A program made the translations under genes and the position numbers. The notes beneath the pieces are model-generated. The model saw nothing but the letters and a program-made list of their open reading frames with translations, was not told where the DNA came from and did no database searches. From Pristiophorus japonicus (taxonomy: Eukaryota), in the NCBI RefSeq assembly GCF_044704955.1, contig NW_027252889.1, positions 248,001 through 312,000 on the forward strand: a DNA stretch of 64,000 nt. Reading direction: 5' to 3'. This document shows positions 50,190 to 62,699 of the stretch, piece by piece; the stretch's first letter is position 1, and each line of letters starts with the position of its first letter.

Positions 50190-53100
50190 AAAACATAGAA
50201 AATAGGTGCAGGACAAGGCCATTCGGCCCTTCTAGCCTGTACCGCCATTCAATGAGTTCATGGCTGAACATGCAACTTCAGTACCCCCTTCCTGCTTTCT
50301 CGCCATACCCCTTGATCCCCCAAGTAGTAAGGACTTCATCCAACTCCTTTTTGAATACATTCAGCAAATTGGCCTCAACAACTTTCTGTGGAAGGCAATT
50401 CCACAGGTTCACCACTCTCTGGGTGAAGACGTTTCTCCTCATCTCGGTCCTAAATGGCTTACCCCTTATCCTTAGACTGTGACCCCTGGTTCTGGACTTC
50501 CCCAACATTGGGAACATTCTTCCTGCATCTAACCTGTCTAAACCCATCAGGATTTTAAACGTTTCTATGAGATCCCCTCTCATTCTTCTGAACTCCAGTG
50601 AAGACAAGCCCAGTTGATCCAGTCTTTCTTGATAGGTCAGTCCCGCCATCCCGGGAATCAGTCTGGTGAACCTTCGCTGCACTCCCTCAATAGCAAGAAT
50701 GTCCTTCAAGTTAGGAGACCAAAACTGTACACAATACTCCAGGTGTGGCCTCACCAAGGCCCTGTACAACTGTAGTAACACCTCCCTGCCCCTGGACTAA
50801 AATCCTCTTGCTATGAAGGCCAACATGCCATTTGCTTTCTTAACCGCCTGCTGTACCTACATGCCAACCTTCAATGACTGATGTACCATGACACCCAGGT
50901 CTCGTTGCACCTCCCCTTTTCCTAATCTGTCACCATTCAGATAATAGTCTGCCTCTCTGTTTTTAACCACCAAAGTGGATAACCTCACATTTATCCACAT
51001 TATACTTCATCTGCCATGCATTTGCCCACTCACCTAACCTATCCAAGTCACTCTGCAGCCTCATAGCATCCTCCTCGCAGCTCACACTGCCACCCAACTT
51101 AGTGTCATCCCAAATTTGGAGATGCTACATTTAATCCCCTCATCTAAATCATTAATGTACAATGTAAACAGCTGGGGCCCCAGCACGGAACCTTGCGGTA
51201 CCCCACTAGTCACTGCCTGCCATTCTGAAAAGTCCCCATTTACTCCTACTCTTTGCTTCCTGTCTGACAACCAGTTCTCAATCCATGTCAGCACACCACC
51301 CCCAATCCCATGTGCTTTAACTTTGCACATTAATCTCTTGTGTGGGACCTTGTCGAAAGCCTTCTGAAAGTCCAAATATACCACATCAACTGGTTCTCCC
51401 TTGTCCACTCTACTGGAAACATCCTCAAAAAATTCCAGAAGATTTGTCAAGCATGATTTCCCTTTCACAAATCCATGCTGACTTGGACCTATCATGTCAC
51501 CTCTTTCCAAATGCGCTGCTATGACATCCTTAATAATTGATTCCATTATTTTACCCACTACTGAAGTCAGGCTGACCGGTCTAAAATTCCCTGTTTTCTC
51601 TCTCCCTCCTTTTTTAAAAAGTGGGGTTACATTGGCTACCCTCCACTCGATAGGAACTGATCCAGAGTCTATGGAATGTTGGAAAATGACTGTCAATGCG
51701 TCCGCTATTTCCGAGGCCACCTCCTTTAGTACTCTGGGATGCAGTCCATCAGGCCCTGGGGATTTATCGGTCTTCAATCCCATCAATATCCCCAACACAA
51801 TTTCCCACCTAATAAGGATTTCCCTCAGTTCCTCCTTCTTACTAGACCCTCTGACCCCTTTTATATCCGGAAGGTTGTTTGTGTCCTCCTTAGTGAATAC
51901 CGAACCAAAGTACTTGTTCAATTGGTCTGCCATTTCTTTGTTCCCCGTCATGACTTCCCCTGATTCTGACTGCAGGAGACCTACGCTTGTCTTTGCTAAC
52001 CTTTTTCTTTTTACATATCTATTGAAACTTTTGCAGTCCGTCTTAATGTTCCCTGCAAGCTTCTTCTCGTACTCCATTTTCCCTGCCCCAATGAAACCCT
52101 TTGTCCTCCTCTGCTGAGTTCTAAATTTCTCCCAGTCCCCAGGTTCACTGCTATTTCTGGCCAATTTGTATGCCACTTCCTTGGCTTTAATACTATCCTT
52201 GATTTCCCTTGATAGCCACGGTTGAGCCACCTTCCCTTTTTTATTTTTACGCCAGTCAGGAATGTACAATTGTTGCAATTCATCCATGCGGTCTCTAAAT
52301 GTCTGCCATTGCCCATCTGCTTTCTGCAGCACTTGCCAATTTTTCTCCATTTAAATTATAATTTGCTTTTTAAAAAAAAAATTCTGCCGAAGTGAATAAC
52401 CTCACACTTTCCCACATTATACTCCATCTGCCAAATTTTTGCCCACTCAGCCTGTCTACATCCCTTTGCAGATGTTTTGTGTCCTCCTCACAATTTGCTT
52501 TCCCACCCATCTTTGTATCATCAGCAAACTTGGCTACATTGGATTGGTCCCTTCATCCAAATCATTAATATAGATTGTAAATAGTTGAGGCCCAGCATCA
52601 ATCCCTGCGGCACCCCACTAGTTACTGTTCACCAACCGGAAAATGACCCATTAATCCCGACTCTCTGTTTTCTATTAGTTAGCTAATTCTCTATCCATAC
52701 TAATATATTATCCCCAACCCTGTGAACTTTTATCTTGTGCAGTAATCTTTTATGTGGCACCTTATCGAATGCCTTCTGGAAATCCAAATACACCACATCC
52801 ACTGGTTCCCCCTTAGCCACCCTGCACGTTACATCCTCAAAGAACTCCAGCAAATTTGTCAAACATGATTTCCCTTTCATGAAACCATACTGACTCTGCT
52901 TAATTGAATTATGCTTTTCAAAATGTCCTGCTACTGCTTCCTTAAGAATGGACAACAGCATTTTTCCAACGACAGATGTTAGGCTAACTGGTCTATAGTT
53001 TCCTGCTTTCTGTCTGCCTCCTTTTTTAAAGAGGGGCGTGACATTTGCAGTTTTCCAGCCTCTGGGACCTCCCCAGAATCCAGGGAATTTTGGTTAAAAT

Positions 53101-53230
53101 ACAACCAATGCATCCACTATCTCTGCAGTCACTTATTTTGAGACCCTAGGATGCAAGTCATCGGGTGCAGGGGACTTGTCCACCTTTCGTCCCATTATTT
53201 TACTGAGTACTTCCTCGTTAGTGATAGTGA
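50190..53230 (-). mobile_element. Young CR1 (50190-52317) abutting another CR1 fragment (52318-53230)
   Basis: ORFs 51082-52350, 50278-50781 and 52683-52961; the first copy is near-identical by eye to 9941-12275. Confidence 0.93.
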
Positions 53231-53309
53231 TTATTGGGATATCAGGAGGAACTTAAAACAGTGGATAATCAAGGGGCTGTTTTTGTCTTCTACCATGAAG
53301 TATACGGTA

Positions 53310-56300
53310 CTGCACTTGCTTCTGTGCACAGTCAGAGGCTGAACTCGAAGCCATGGTCAACACCTTTACCGAGGCGTATGACAGCATGGGCCTTACACTA
53401 AACATCCGTAAGACAAAGGTCCTCCACCAACCTGACCCCGTCACATAGCACTGCCCCCCCCGGTCATCAAAATCCACAGCGCAGCCTTGGATAACGTGGA
53501 CAATTTTCCTTACCTCGGGAGCCTATCAGCAAGGGCAGACATCGATGACGAGGTCCAGCTCCGTCTCCAGTGCACGAGCGCAGCTTTCAGTCGTCTGCGG
53601 AAGAGATTGTTTGAAGACCAGGACCTCAAAATTGTTACCAAGCTTATGGTCTATAGGGTAGTAGTGATACCCACCCTCCTACATGGCTCGGAGACGTGGA
53701 CCATATACAGCTGGTTATATATGTAAACTTGTATTTACTCTGTACAGCCACCAGAGGGCTCATCGCCTGGAGTCCCAAGGATCCCATAATCCCTTGGGAG
53801 CACAGGTATTTAAGGAGGCCTCACAGGTTGGAGAGGCACTCTGGAGACCTGCAATAAGACACTAAGGTCACACTTTACTTTGAGCTCAGTGTTCAGACTG
53901 ACTCTTTCTCCATACATAACAACTAGCGACGAGATACAGATAGTGAACCCAAAGATGCAGAGAACATCCTGCAGAAATTCTCGGAGAGAGATGATTGGGA
54001 AACTTTTGTGGAGCGACTCGACCAATACTTCGTGGCCAACGAGCTAGATGGGGAAGAGAATGCTGCCAAACAAAGGGCGATCCTCCTCCCCATCTGTGGG
54101 GCACCAACGCATGGCCACAAGAAGAATCTGCTCACTCCAGCAAAACCCACGGAGAAATCGTACGACAATTTATGCACACTGGTCCGAGAGCATTTGAACC
54201 CGAAGGAAAGCGTTCTGATGGCGAGGTACCGGTTCTACACCGACAGAAGGTCTGAAGGCAGGAAGTGGCGAGTTATGTTGCCGAGCTAAGACGCCTTGCA
54301 GGACATTGCGAATTTGAAGGACATTTGGAGCACATGCTCACGAGACTTTTTCGTACTTGGCATTGCCATGAAACCATACTTCGCAAACTTTTGACTGTAG
54401 AGACGCCAACCTTGAATATCTATACAAGCAGACTGCTTTCTGTGGGGCAATCGAGTAGTGGTCCCCAAGAAGGACAGAGACACCTTCATCAATGAACTCC
54501 ACAGTACCCACCCAGGCATCGTAATGATGAAAGCGATAGCTAGACCCCATGTGTGATGGCCCGGTATCAATGTGGACTTAAGAGTCCTGCGTTCACAGAT
54601 GTAATACATTCTCGCAGTTAAGCAATGTAGCTTGGGATTGGCCGCTAAGTTTATGGTCTTGGCCCTCCAAACCGTGGTCTAGGGTACACGTCGACTACGC
54701 AGGCCCATTCGAGTAAAATGTTCTTTGTGGTTGTAGACTCGTACTCCAAGTGGATTGAATGTGAGATAATGTCGGCTAGCACATTCGCTGCCACTACTGA
54801 AAGCTTGCGGGACATGTTTGCCACACACGGCCTACCCGATGTCCTGATGAGCGACAACGGGCCATGTTTTACCAGTGCTGAGTTCAAAGAATTCATGACC
54901 CGCAACGGGATCAAACATGTCACATCTGCCCCGTTTAAACCAGCGTCCAACGGTCAGGCAGAGAAAGCAATGCAAACCATCAAGCAGGATTTGAAGAGGG
55001 TCACTGAAGGCTCACTGCAGACTCGCCTATCCTGAATCCTGCTTAGCTACCGCACGAGACCCTACTCGCTCACTGGGATCCCACCTGCTGAACTACTCAT
55101 GAAAAGAGCACTTAAGACAAGTCTCTCGTTAGTTCACCCTGACCTACATGAACAGGTAGAGAGCAGGTGGCTTCAACAAAGTGCATACCATGATAGCGTT
55201 ACACATTTGCGCTAGATTGAAATCAATGATCCTATATTTGTATTAAATTATGGACAAGGTCCCAAGTGGCTTCCCGGCACTGTCGTGGCCAAAGAGGAGA
55301 GCAGGGTGTTTCAGGTCAAACTTTCAAATGGACTCATTCACCGGAAACACTTGGACCAAATCAAACTCAGATTCACGGAATACCTTGAACAACCCACCTT
55401 GGACCCTACCTTTTTTGATCCCCCAACATACACACCAGTGGCAACCGACACCACGGTTGACCACGAAGCAGAACCCATCATCCACAGCAGCCCTGCAGGG
55501 CCCAACACACCAGGCAGTCCAGCAAGGCCAGTTGCACAGCAGCTCAGCGAGGGCCCAGCAAATGATTCAACAACACCAGCTTTCACACCAAGGGGATCAA
55601 GAAGGGCCCCAGATCGACTCACATTGTAAATAGTTACACTATTGACTTTGGGTGGAATATTGTTATATATGTGGACTTGTATTTACTCTGTACAGCCACC
55701 AGAGGGCTCATCCCCTTGAGTCCCAAGCGATCCCATAATCCCTTGGGAGCACAGGTATTTAAGGAGGCTTCACAGTTGGAGAGGCATTCTGGAAACCGGC
55801 AATAAAAGATTAAAGTCACACTTTACTTTGAGCGCAGTCTGACTCTTTTGCCGTACATAACACAGCGGACACCTCAAAGTGCTGGAGAAATACCACCAGT
55901 GCTGCCTCCGCAAGATCCTGCAAATCCCCTGGGAGGACAGAGGCACCGTCAGTGTTCTCGATCAGGCCAACATCGAAGCACTGACCACACTCGACCAGCT
56001 CCGTTGGCCGGGCCACACTGTGCGCACGTCTGACACAAGACTCCCAAAGCAAATGCTCTACTCGGAATTCCTACACGGCAAGCGAGCCCCAGGTGGGCAG
56101 AGGAAATGTTTCCAGGACACCCTCAAAGCCTCCCTGATAAAGTGCGACATCCCCACTGACACCTGGGAGTCCCTGGCCAAAGACCAGCCGAAGTGGAGGA
56201 AGAGCATCCGGGAGGGCGCTGAGCACCTCGAGTCCCGTCGCCGAGAGCGTGCAGAAACCAAGCGCAAGCAGCGGAAGGAGCGTGCGGCAAACCAGTCCCA

Positions 56301-56447
56301 GCCACCCTTTCCTCCAACCACTGTGTGTCCCACCTGTGGCACAGACTGTCATTCCCCAATTGGACGGTTCCGTCACCTGACAACTCAGTGTTAGAGTGGA
56401 AGCAAGTGTCCCCCGATCCCGAGGGACTGCCTGTGATGGTGATGATG
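53310..56447 (+). mobile_element. RTE LINE 3' part split by an LTR element
   Basis: FPYLGS..LLHGSETWTIYS ends at 53711 and resumes at 55863 (LEKYHQCCLRKIL..CPTCGTDC..H zinc finger); (gat)n tail. Confidence 0.9.
53712..55862 (+). mobile_element. Internally deleted Gypsy LTR element with both LTRs (53712-53921, 55661-55862) and a 4-bp TSD
   Basis: CAGC at 53708-53711 and 55863-55866; PBS-like actagcgacgag; gag N-terminus (ERLDQYFVAN, YVAELRRLAGHCEF) fused near 54415 to integrase (VDSYSKWIE, SDNGPCF, ASNGQAE); no protease, RT or RNase H. Confidence 0.93.
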
Positions 56448-56699
56448 TGTTGTATACACGCGCTGTCTCCTGTTACCGTCCATGGTCCACAGGTGGCTCA
56501 ATGTCACTTCACTTCCCCACATTGTTGTCACAGCTCGAATACAAGCGATCATATTGGGATGTGGGTTGAAAGGATTGGCCCCACGTTCTCAGCCAGGACT
56601 GTGAGCCTGTGTGCTGCAGGAGGGGAGATGGAGTTGTCCCGGGAACTATTGGCATTGGCCGCAGTTACTGCCCTGACTGGGGAGTGTTGGAGGGAGTTT

Positions 56700-57060
56700 A
56701 TCCCCGCCCCGCCCCGCTCACTGCCTCCTCCAGCCCACTGCCGCCACACCCCGCACCACCTCGGCCCCTGGAGCCCACTCCCCCCTAACCCCATCCATCC
56801 ATCCCCCGCCCGGGTCCGCCCCCCGCTCACTGCAGGCCGGCCCCGGCCCCGGCCCCCAGCCTCTCCCCGCCCGCCCGGGCCCGGGCTCAGCCTCCGCTCA
56901 CCGGCCGCCATCGCCTCCAACCGCGGCGCCGCTCCGCTGTTCCCGCCTCATCCACTCGCCATTCTGATTGGTCCCCAGCGCCGCGCGGGGCGGGGCGGGG
57001 CGGGGCCCCCGCGCGGGGCGGGGACGGTTGGGCGCGCGGGAAGTTTGAACCGGATGACCC
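56700..57060 (-). promoter_or_regulatory. CpG-island promoter with E2F, CHR-like, CCAAT and GC boxes; first exon on the minus strand
   Basis: TTCCCGCC 56940-56947; CCAATCAG (minus) 56964-56971; repeated GGGGCGGGG 56987-57023; GCGCGGGAA-g-TTTGAA 57034-57049; minus gcgATGGCGGCCG|gtgagc (ATG 56911-56909, exon end 56902). Confidence 0.85.
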
Positions 57061-57524
57061 AAATATACAAACAAACCATTTGTGGTCAATCACAGCATGA
57101 GAAGGAATAGAAGCGGGAAATCAAATCAATGAGTTGTGTGCAGCAACAATCCTGAAAGGAAGTGTGAGCTTGGACAGATAAACAAGGGCAAGGAGCAGCT
57201 TTAAATACGGCCAAAAGATAAAGTCTGTCAATGCTGGGAGTGTGGGGCTTACTGAGGGAATGAGAAACAATGGTGGCACGGATTTAACAGCACTGACAAA
57301 CCTGGCTGGGAATTGTGCAGGAGTGCAACATAAACATCAGATTGCAATGTTTTCAGGAGGGGCAGAACAGGAGCAAGAGTGCAAGACAGGGTGAAGGAGG
57401 GAATAGATTCTGCAGGGAGCTGATGTGCACAAAAAATAAGTTCAGACAAAAAAAGACAACAGCAGAAAAGAACCGAGATACAAGGAAAGTTGCGGGGGAC
57501 CTCTCTACTCTTTACACCTTTTAG

Positions 57525-58220
57525 GCTCTCCCTAAAACCTACCTCTTTGACCGAGCTTGTGGAGCGCCTTGGGACGTTTTACATTAAAGGCACTATATAA
57601 ATACAAGTTGTTGTTGTTAAGGAGCATCTTGAAGGAGGAACGAGGTAGAGAGGCGGAGAGGTTTAGGCAGGGAGTTCCAGAGCTTGGGGCCAGGCAACAG
57701 AAGGCACGGCCACCAATGGTGGAGCGATTATAATCCGGGATGCTCAGGAGGGCAGAATTAGAGGAGCGCAGACATCTCGAGGGGTTGTGGGGCTGGAGGA
57801 GATTACAGAGATGGGGAGGGGCGAGGCCATGGAGAGATTTGAAAACAAGGATGAGAAGTTTGAAATTGAGGCATTGCTCAACTGGGAGCTAATGTAGGTC
57901 AGCGAGCACAGGGGTGATGGGTGAGTGGGACTTGGTGCGAGTTAGGACACGGGCTGCTGAGTTTTGGTTGACCTCAAGTTTACGTTGCCAATATAGATGA
58001 TAAATAGGAGGGGGCCAAGGATAGATTCTTGGGGGGGGAACCAGAGTTAACATGCAGGAGTAGGAAGAGAAACTATTCTCTGGCAACGGTTAGATAGATA
58101 AGATTGAAACCAGGTGAATGCAGTCCCACCCAGCTGGTCAACGGTGGAGAGGGTTTGGAGGATGGATTGGTAAATCATGTCAAAGTCTGCAGACAAGTCA
58201 AGAAGAACAACATAAAGACA
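57525..58220. mobile_element. L2-type 3' fragments, tail-to-tail
   Basis: Plus tail ggcactatataaatacaagttgttg at 57590-57617, then minus L2 coding (NQNSAARVLTRTKSHSPITPVLADLH). Confidence 0.8.
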
Positions 58221-59028
58221 TTACGGTTACAATGTACAACGTCACAGGAGATTGGCTAATTTTTAAAAAGAACCTTGTCTTGTGCAATGAGGATTGGGCG
58301 GATTCTACACTGGGTGTCAGCTCACAACAGCAGTTTTACACAAGTTGAAAATCTTACGTATTTGATTCAATGTATATTTTAACCTGTTGATGTTAGATGA
58401 AGAAACCAGATGTGAATTGGTTTGCCTGGGCCTATCATAGCGACTGCTGATTGCACATCTTAATTTGTAGTTTTTGGAGCTTCGTGTTTTGGTGTTTTTC
58501 ATTCCTGCTTGTTACTTGCTGATTCTCACGTTCTCCACCTGTGCAGTTGTGATCTGTTGGTGGTTGATGAATATGAAATTTAATCCTATCGGCTGGGAGA
58601 ACTTTGCATATGAGAAGGTGTGACAGCCAAAGTGTGACACAGGAAATGTGACAGGCAAACAGGAAATGCATCCTGTGCACCATTTTTAATAGGTTGCCAG
58701 TGGATGTCCTGTGTTACTCACAATAAGTCAGAGAATGCTCTGTTTTATGGAGCAATATACATGAACCTTTCGTTAACTTCAAATAGCGATTCATTTTAAA
58801 GTGGCTTTTCTCCCTACGACTGACGGTAGTTTCAAGCTGGTGACCATGTAGATGGCAAATGCCCTGGTTACTGGTCATTTATTTCAGTCTAGTTTTAAAT
58901 AGTATCCATGAGCTGAGCATTGAGAGATTGTACAGGGAGGTGCCACAGTAACCAACAGGAAGCTTACTTCATTGTAGAAAGAGACAGAACATGGGCATTT
59001 TAAAACAGGTCACTTATTAACGTTGGGT

Positions 59029-61560
59029 GGGGCCGAAATTGCCCCTTCCGATAAAGCCTCTTGCTGCCTGAAAGCAGCGGCTATGGGGCGGCGCGGAATG
59101 GCCGGGGACTCACGGCGGACTGGCCGATGTTCGTGGCATTGCCCTCAAAGGTTTTTGCTGCATTGTGAAGATCCGCCCCGCTCCAGCAGATGCGTCGTTA
59201 ACGATGTCATCCGAGCACGCACCGCATCGGACCCGCCCCGGAAGGTAAATTCATTCAAAAAGTCTTCCAGCCGCCTGTCGATGCCAACGACAGTTTTTTG
59301 GGTCGGTACACAGTGCTAACTCAAGACCACCAGCAGCCTTTAAAAGCGTGTTGCATGTAGCAGCATTCTGCACTGACCCTCCCACTCCAGATATTGGGTG
59401 AAATGGAGAGAAGGCAGGGTGCACAGGAGGCAGATGCTTGCCAGCAGCAGGCTGCAGAGGGTGAGGAGCAGCAAGAGCATGAAGGAGAAGGCAATGAGGC
59501 AGCTGCCATCGGAAGACGTGAACATAGACATGGCGGGGAGAAGGCCCTATCGTCCAAGGGTGTACAGACAGCAGTTCTCATACATGGACCTGACGGATGA
59601 CCAGTGTCTCCGGAGACTTCGATTCCTGTGCAATCTCCTGCAGCCAGACCTCCAGCCTCGAACAAAGTTGAGGACAGTGCTGACCGTTGCATCCAAGGTG
59701 ACCATAGCACTCCATTTCTATGCGACTTGATCATTCCAAGCTGCTGCAGTAGACATCTCGAACATTTCACATTTCACCGCGCGTAGCTCCATCATTAAGT
59801 GACAGATGCTCTCTATAAGAGAAGGAGGGACTAGTTATCCTTCCCGATGAGCAGGGACAAACAGTTGGTGTGGAGACCAGATTCGTGAGGTGTGCGGGCT
59901 TCCCCAGGGTTCAGGGTGCCATTGACTGCACCCACGTCGCAATGAGGGCACCACAGAACAATCCCGAGATCTTCAGAAACTGCAAGGGATTCCACTCCCT
60001 CAATGTGCAGCTGGTGTGTGACACCCCACCACAAAATCATGGCAGCTGATGCCTGGTATCCTGGCAGCAGCCTCGTTGCTTTCATCCAGCGCCAGAGCGG
60101 TGCGCCTGACGTGTTTGTTGGACCAAGCCAAGGTTGCGGCTGGGTCCTTGGAGACAAGGGCTACCCACTGTGCACTTGGCTGCTGACTCCCCTTCACAAC
60201 CCCAGGACTGCTGTGCAGCAAGCCGGCAATGACTCTCATTCAGCCACCAGCTGCTTCATTGAGCAGTGCATCAGAATCCTTAAACAGAGGTTCCGTTGCC
60301 TGGATCACTCTTCCAGTACTCGCCTGAGCGGGTCTCCCTATTCGTGGTCGTCTGATGCATGCTTCATAACCTGGCAATCATGAGGGCACAACCATTGGAG
60401 GACGAGGCACCAGTATCAGCTGAGGAGGAGGACCAGGAGGAGGAGGACCAGTACCAGTACCAGGAGGAGGAGGAGGCACAGGAGCACGATGCACAGAAGG
60501 AGGAGGAGGTGCAGGAGGAGGACCAGGATGCGGGTCGCTGGCCAAGCTGGAGGCAGCGTCGTCATCCAAACCCTGCAAGGGAAGTGCAAAACCGTCTCAT
60601 TGTTGCTCGTTTCTGATGAGTTCATGCGCACTTCACCCTTCACCTGTGCATCTCCATGGCCAACCCAATGAGCCCTCTCACACATCATTGCCCACAGGGA
60701 AATGAGACACCTGCACAGATATTGAAACACAAAATAAAGATTTATTACACAAGAAAGAATGGTGCAAAAAAACATACACCATCAATTATCATCCTTGTGC
60801 ATTTGCTTATTCTTACACAAACCTATTCTTGAACTATGCCCCAGTGTCTCGCCTGTGGCTGCATCATGCGTCTGGGAAGGCTGCTGTGTTTCAGGTGTAG
60901 AAGCTGCAGATGTTCTTCTAGGACGCCCTCGACCAGCTCTTTCCCTGGGAGTGCCAGCTGCAGACTGCACCGCACTCTCCTCGGTGCATTCAGTCGGGAT
61001 TGGCTGGGGCGATTCCATGCTTGATGGCAATGGCGGACTGAGAGGTCTCAGCTCAGGACTACTGAGAGAGCACATCAGAATCCTGGTCCGAGGAGCCTGC
61101 TCCACTCCCCTGGGGCAGCACCTCACCACCCCCACGAATCAGCTGGAGCACAGGTCAGTGGTGTGGCACGACACCGGAAGTTCCCCGTGGACCGTGGTGG
61201 ACCCAGCCGCGATGGCAACAGTCAGATCTCGCTTGGCATCCAGCTGAGACTGCATGAGAGCAGATACAGTCTCGATGCCACCAGAGACTACAGCAGTAAG
61301 ATGCTTCGTAAGACAGCAGCATGAGCCTGGAGCAGCTGAGGGAGAGTTAAACATCAGCGTCTCCGGGACAACGGAGGCCGCGCGAGCCTGGTGCACCTGT
61401 TCGGCATGTGGCGTGGGTAATGGTGGCGGCCACTCTGACTTCTCCCACAATCCTTCGAGAAGCTAAAATGGAGCAGGGCCCCAGCATGTTTCATCCCATT
61501 CCCTCATCACACCTCAGATCTCCCACCACCTCTCCTGAAGGCACTGCTCAGTGCCGAGCT
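59029..61560 (+). mobile_element. PIF/Harbinger DNA transposon, degraded: DDE transposase (about 59500-60616, plus) and a convergent second-ORF remnant (60782-61460, minus)
   Basis: Terminus ggggccgaaattgcccc; [84 protein letters not shown] plus an acidic tail; stops and frameshifts; right terminus not found. Confidence 0.9.
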
Positions 61561-61579
61561 TACAGCTCACACCCCACTA

Positions 61580-62580
61580 TAGGCAATTAGGCCCATACAG
61601 TAGTGCCTGGTCTCCAATCGTCTCAGACCACCTTGCCACTGGACCAAGACCTTGCTCTGCTAAGCCCGTGTGGTAGCCGGTGTTCGGTGGCCACCCCACC
61701 GTAAAAAAACTCACGCACATGTATCTTCCACCCTTCAAATGAAGTTTCGGACTTGGAACGTCCGGCCCCTCATGGACAACCCCAACAGCGACAGACTGGA
61801 ATGCCGCACCGCCATCGATTCCCGGGAACTTAGAGGCTTCGATATCGACAGTGCCGCCCGAAGCAGATCCGGTGAGTAGGGGAAGGCCAGATCAAAGAAC
61901 AAGGTGGAGGTTACACCTTCTTCTGGGAAGGCAAATGGTCTACAGGGCTGTAGTGATACCCGCCCTCCTATATGCTCAGGAGACGTGGACCATATACAGT
62001 AGAGACCTCAAATCGCTGGAGAAATACCACCAACGATGTCTCCGCAAGATCCTGCAAATCTCCTGGGAGGACAGACGCACCAACATCAGTGTTGTCAATC
62101 AGGCCAGCTTCGAAGCACTGACCACATTCGACCAGCTCCATTGGGCAGGCCACATTGTCCGCATGTCCGACACAAGACTCCCAAAGCAAGCGTTGTACTC
62201 TGAACTCCGACACAGCAAGTGAGCCCCAGGTGGGCAGAGGAAACATTTCAAGGGCACCCTCAAAGCCTCCTTGATAAAGTGCAACATCCCCACTGACACC
62301 TGGGAATCCCTGGGCAAAGATTGCCTTAAGTGGAGGAAGAGCATCCGGAAGGGCGTTGAGCACCTCGAGTCTCGTCACCGAGAGTGTGCAGAAAACAAGC
62401 GCAGGCAGCGGAAGGAGCGTGCGGCAAACCAGTCCCACCCACCCTTTCCTTCAATGTCTGTCTGTCCCACCTGTGACAGAGACTGTAATTCCCCTATTGG
62501 ACTGTTCAGTCACCTGAGAACTCACTTCTAGAGTGGAAGCAAGTCTTCCTCGATTTTGAGGGACTGCCTATGATGATGAT
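61580..62580 (+). mobile_element. Internally deleted RTE element retaining both ends
   Basis: 5' UTR then MKFRTWNVRPLMDNPNSDR (endonuclease start), jump near 61932 to MVYRAVVIPALLY..ETWT, zinc finger CPTCDRDC..HLRTH, (gat)n tail. Confidence 0.88.
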
Positions 62581-62699
62581 ATTGCCTGTTTTGAACAAAA
62601 TTAAAAACAGTTATCTGCAGTAATCTAGTGTAAAATGTGACAATTCAGACATTGAGTTTATCCCGGGCATATCTGAGCCATACAGCCATAACTACACTA

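Larger units (their letters stand above)
9700..56911 (-). pseudogene. Decayed multi-exon gene, tentatively RADX-like (RPA-related OB-fold protein)
   Basis: Minus-strand candidate exons with AG and/or GT boundaries in unique DNA: 56902-56911, 56477-56606, 45228-45421, 41131-41355, 40554-40664, ~38260-38471, 32832-32969, 22310-22493, ~19300-19695, 15458-16031, ~12416-12520, ~9700-9839. Broken peptides (AGSQSWLR, SLDLNVTA..VELGARCRV, GQG/HYLQL, LMNKS, SLLLLWEH, DVGHVPNKWFCVFGPL, ENPE..HLHLDG..LELF..AEI, NILAGDLVHYCT, SYLRW) follow the order of motifs I recall from RADX. Family identity is recall-based and unverified. Confidence 0.45.

Noticed and set aside
56325-57110. 261-aa Pro/Arg-rich ORF
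   Set aside because: Spans an RTE tail and the CpG island; stop-poor GC-rich DNA, no domain
60359-60616. Separate acidic protein gene
   Set aside because: It is the frameshifted C-terminus (MLHNLA + acidic tail) of the Harbinger transposase
59500-60616. Domesticated HARBI1 gene
   Set aside because: Multiple stops and frameshifts, a transposon terminus and a convergent second-ORF remnant indicate a decayed transposon
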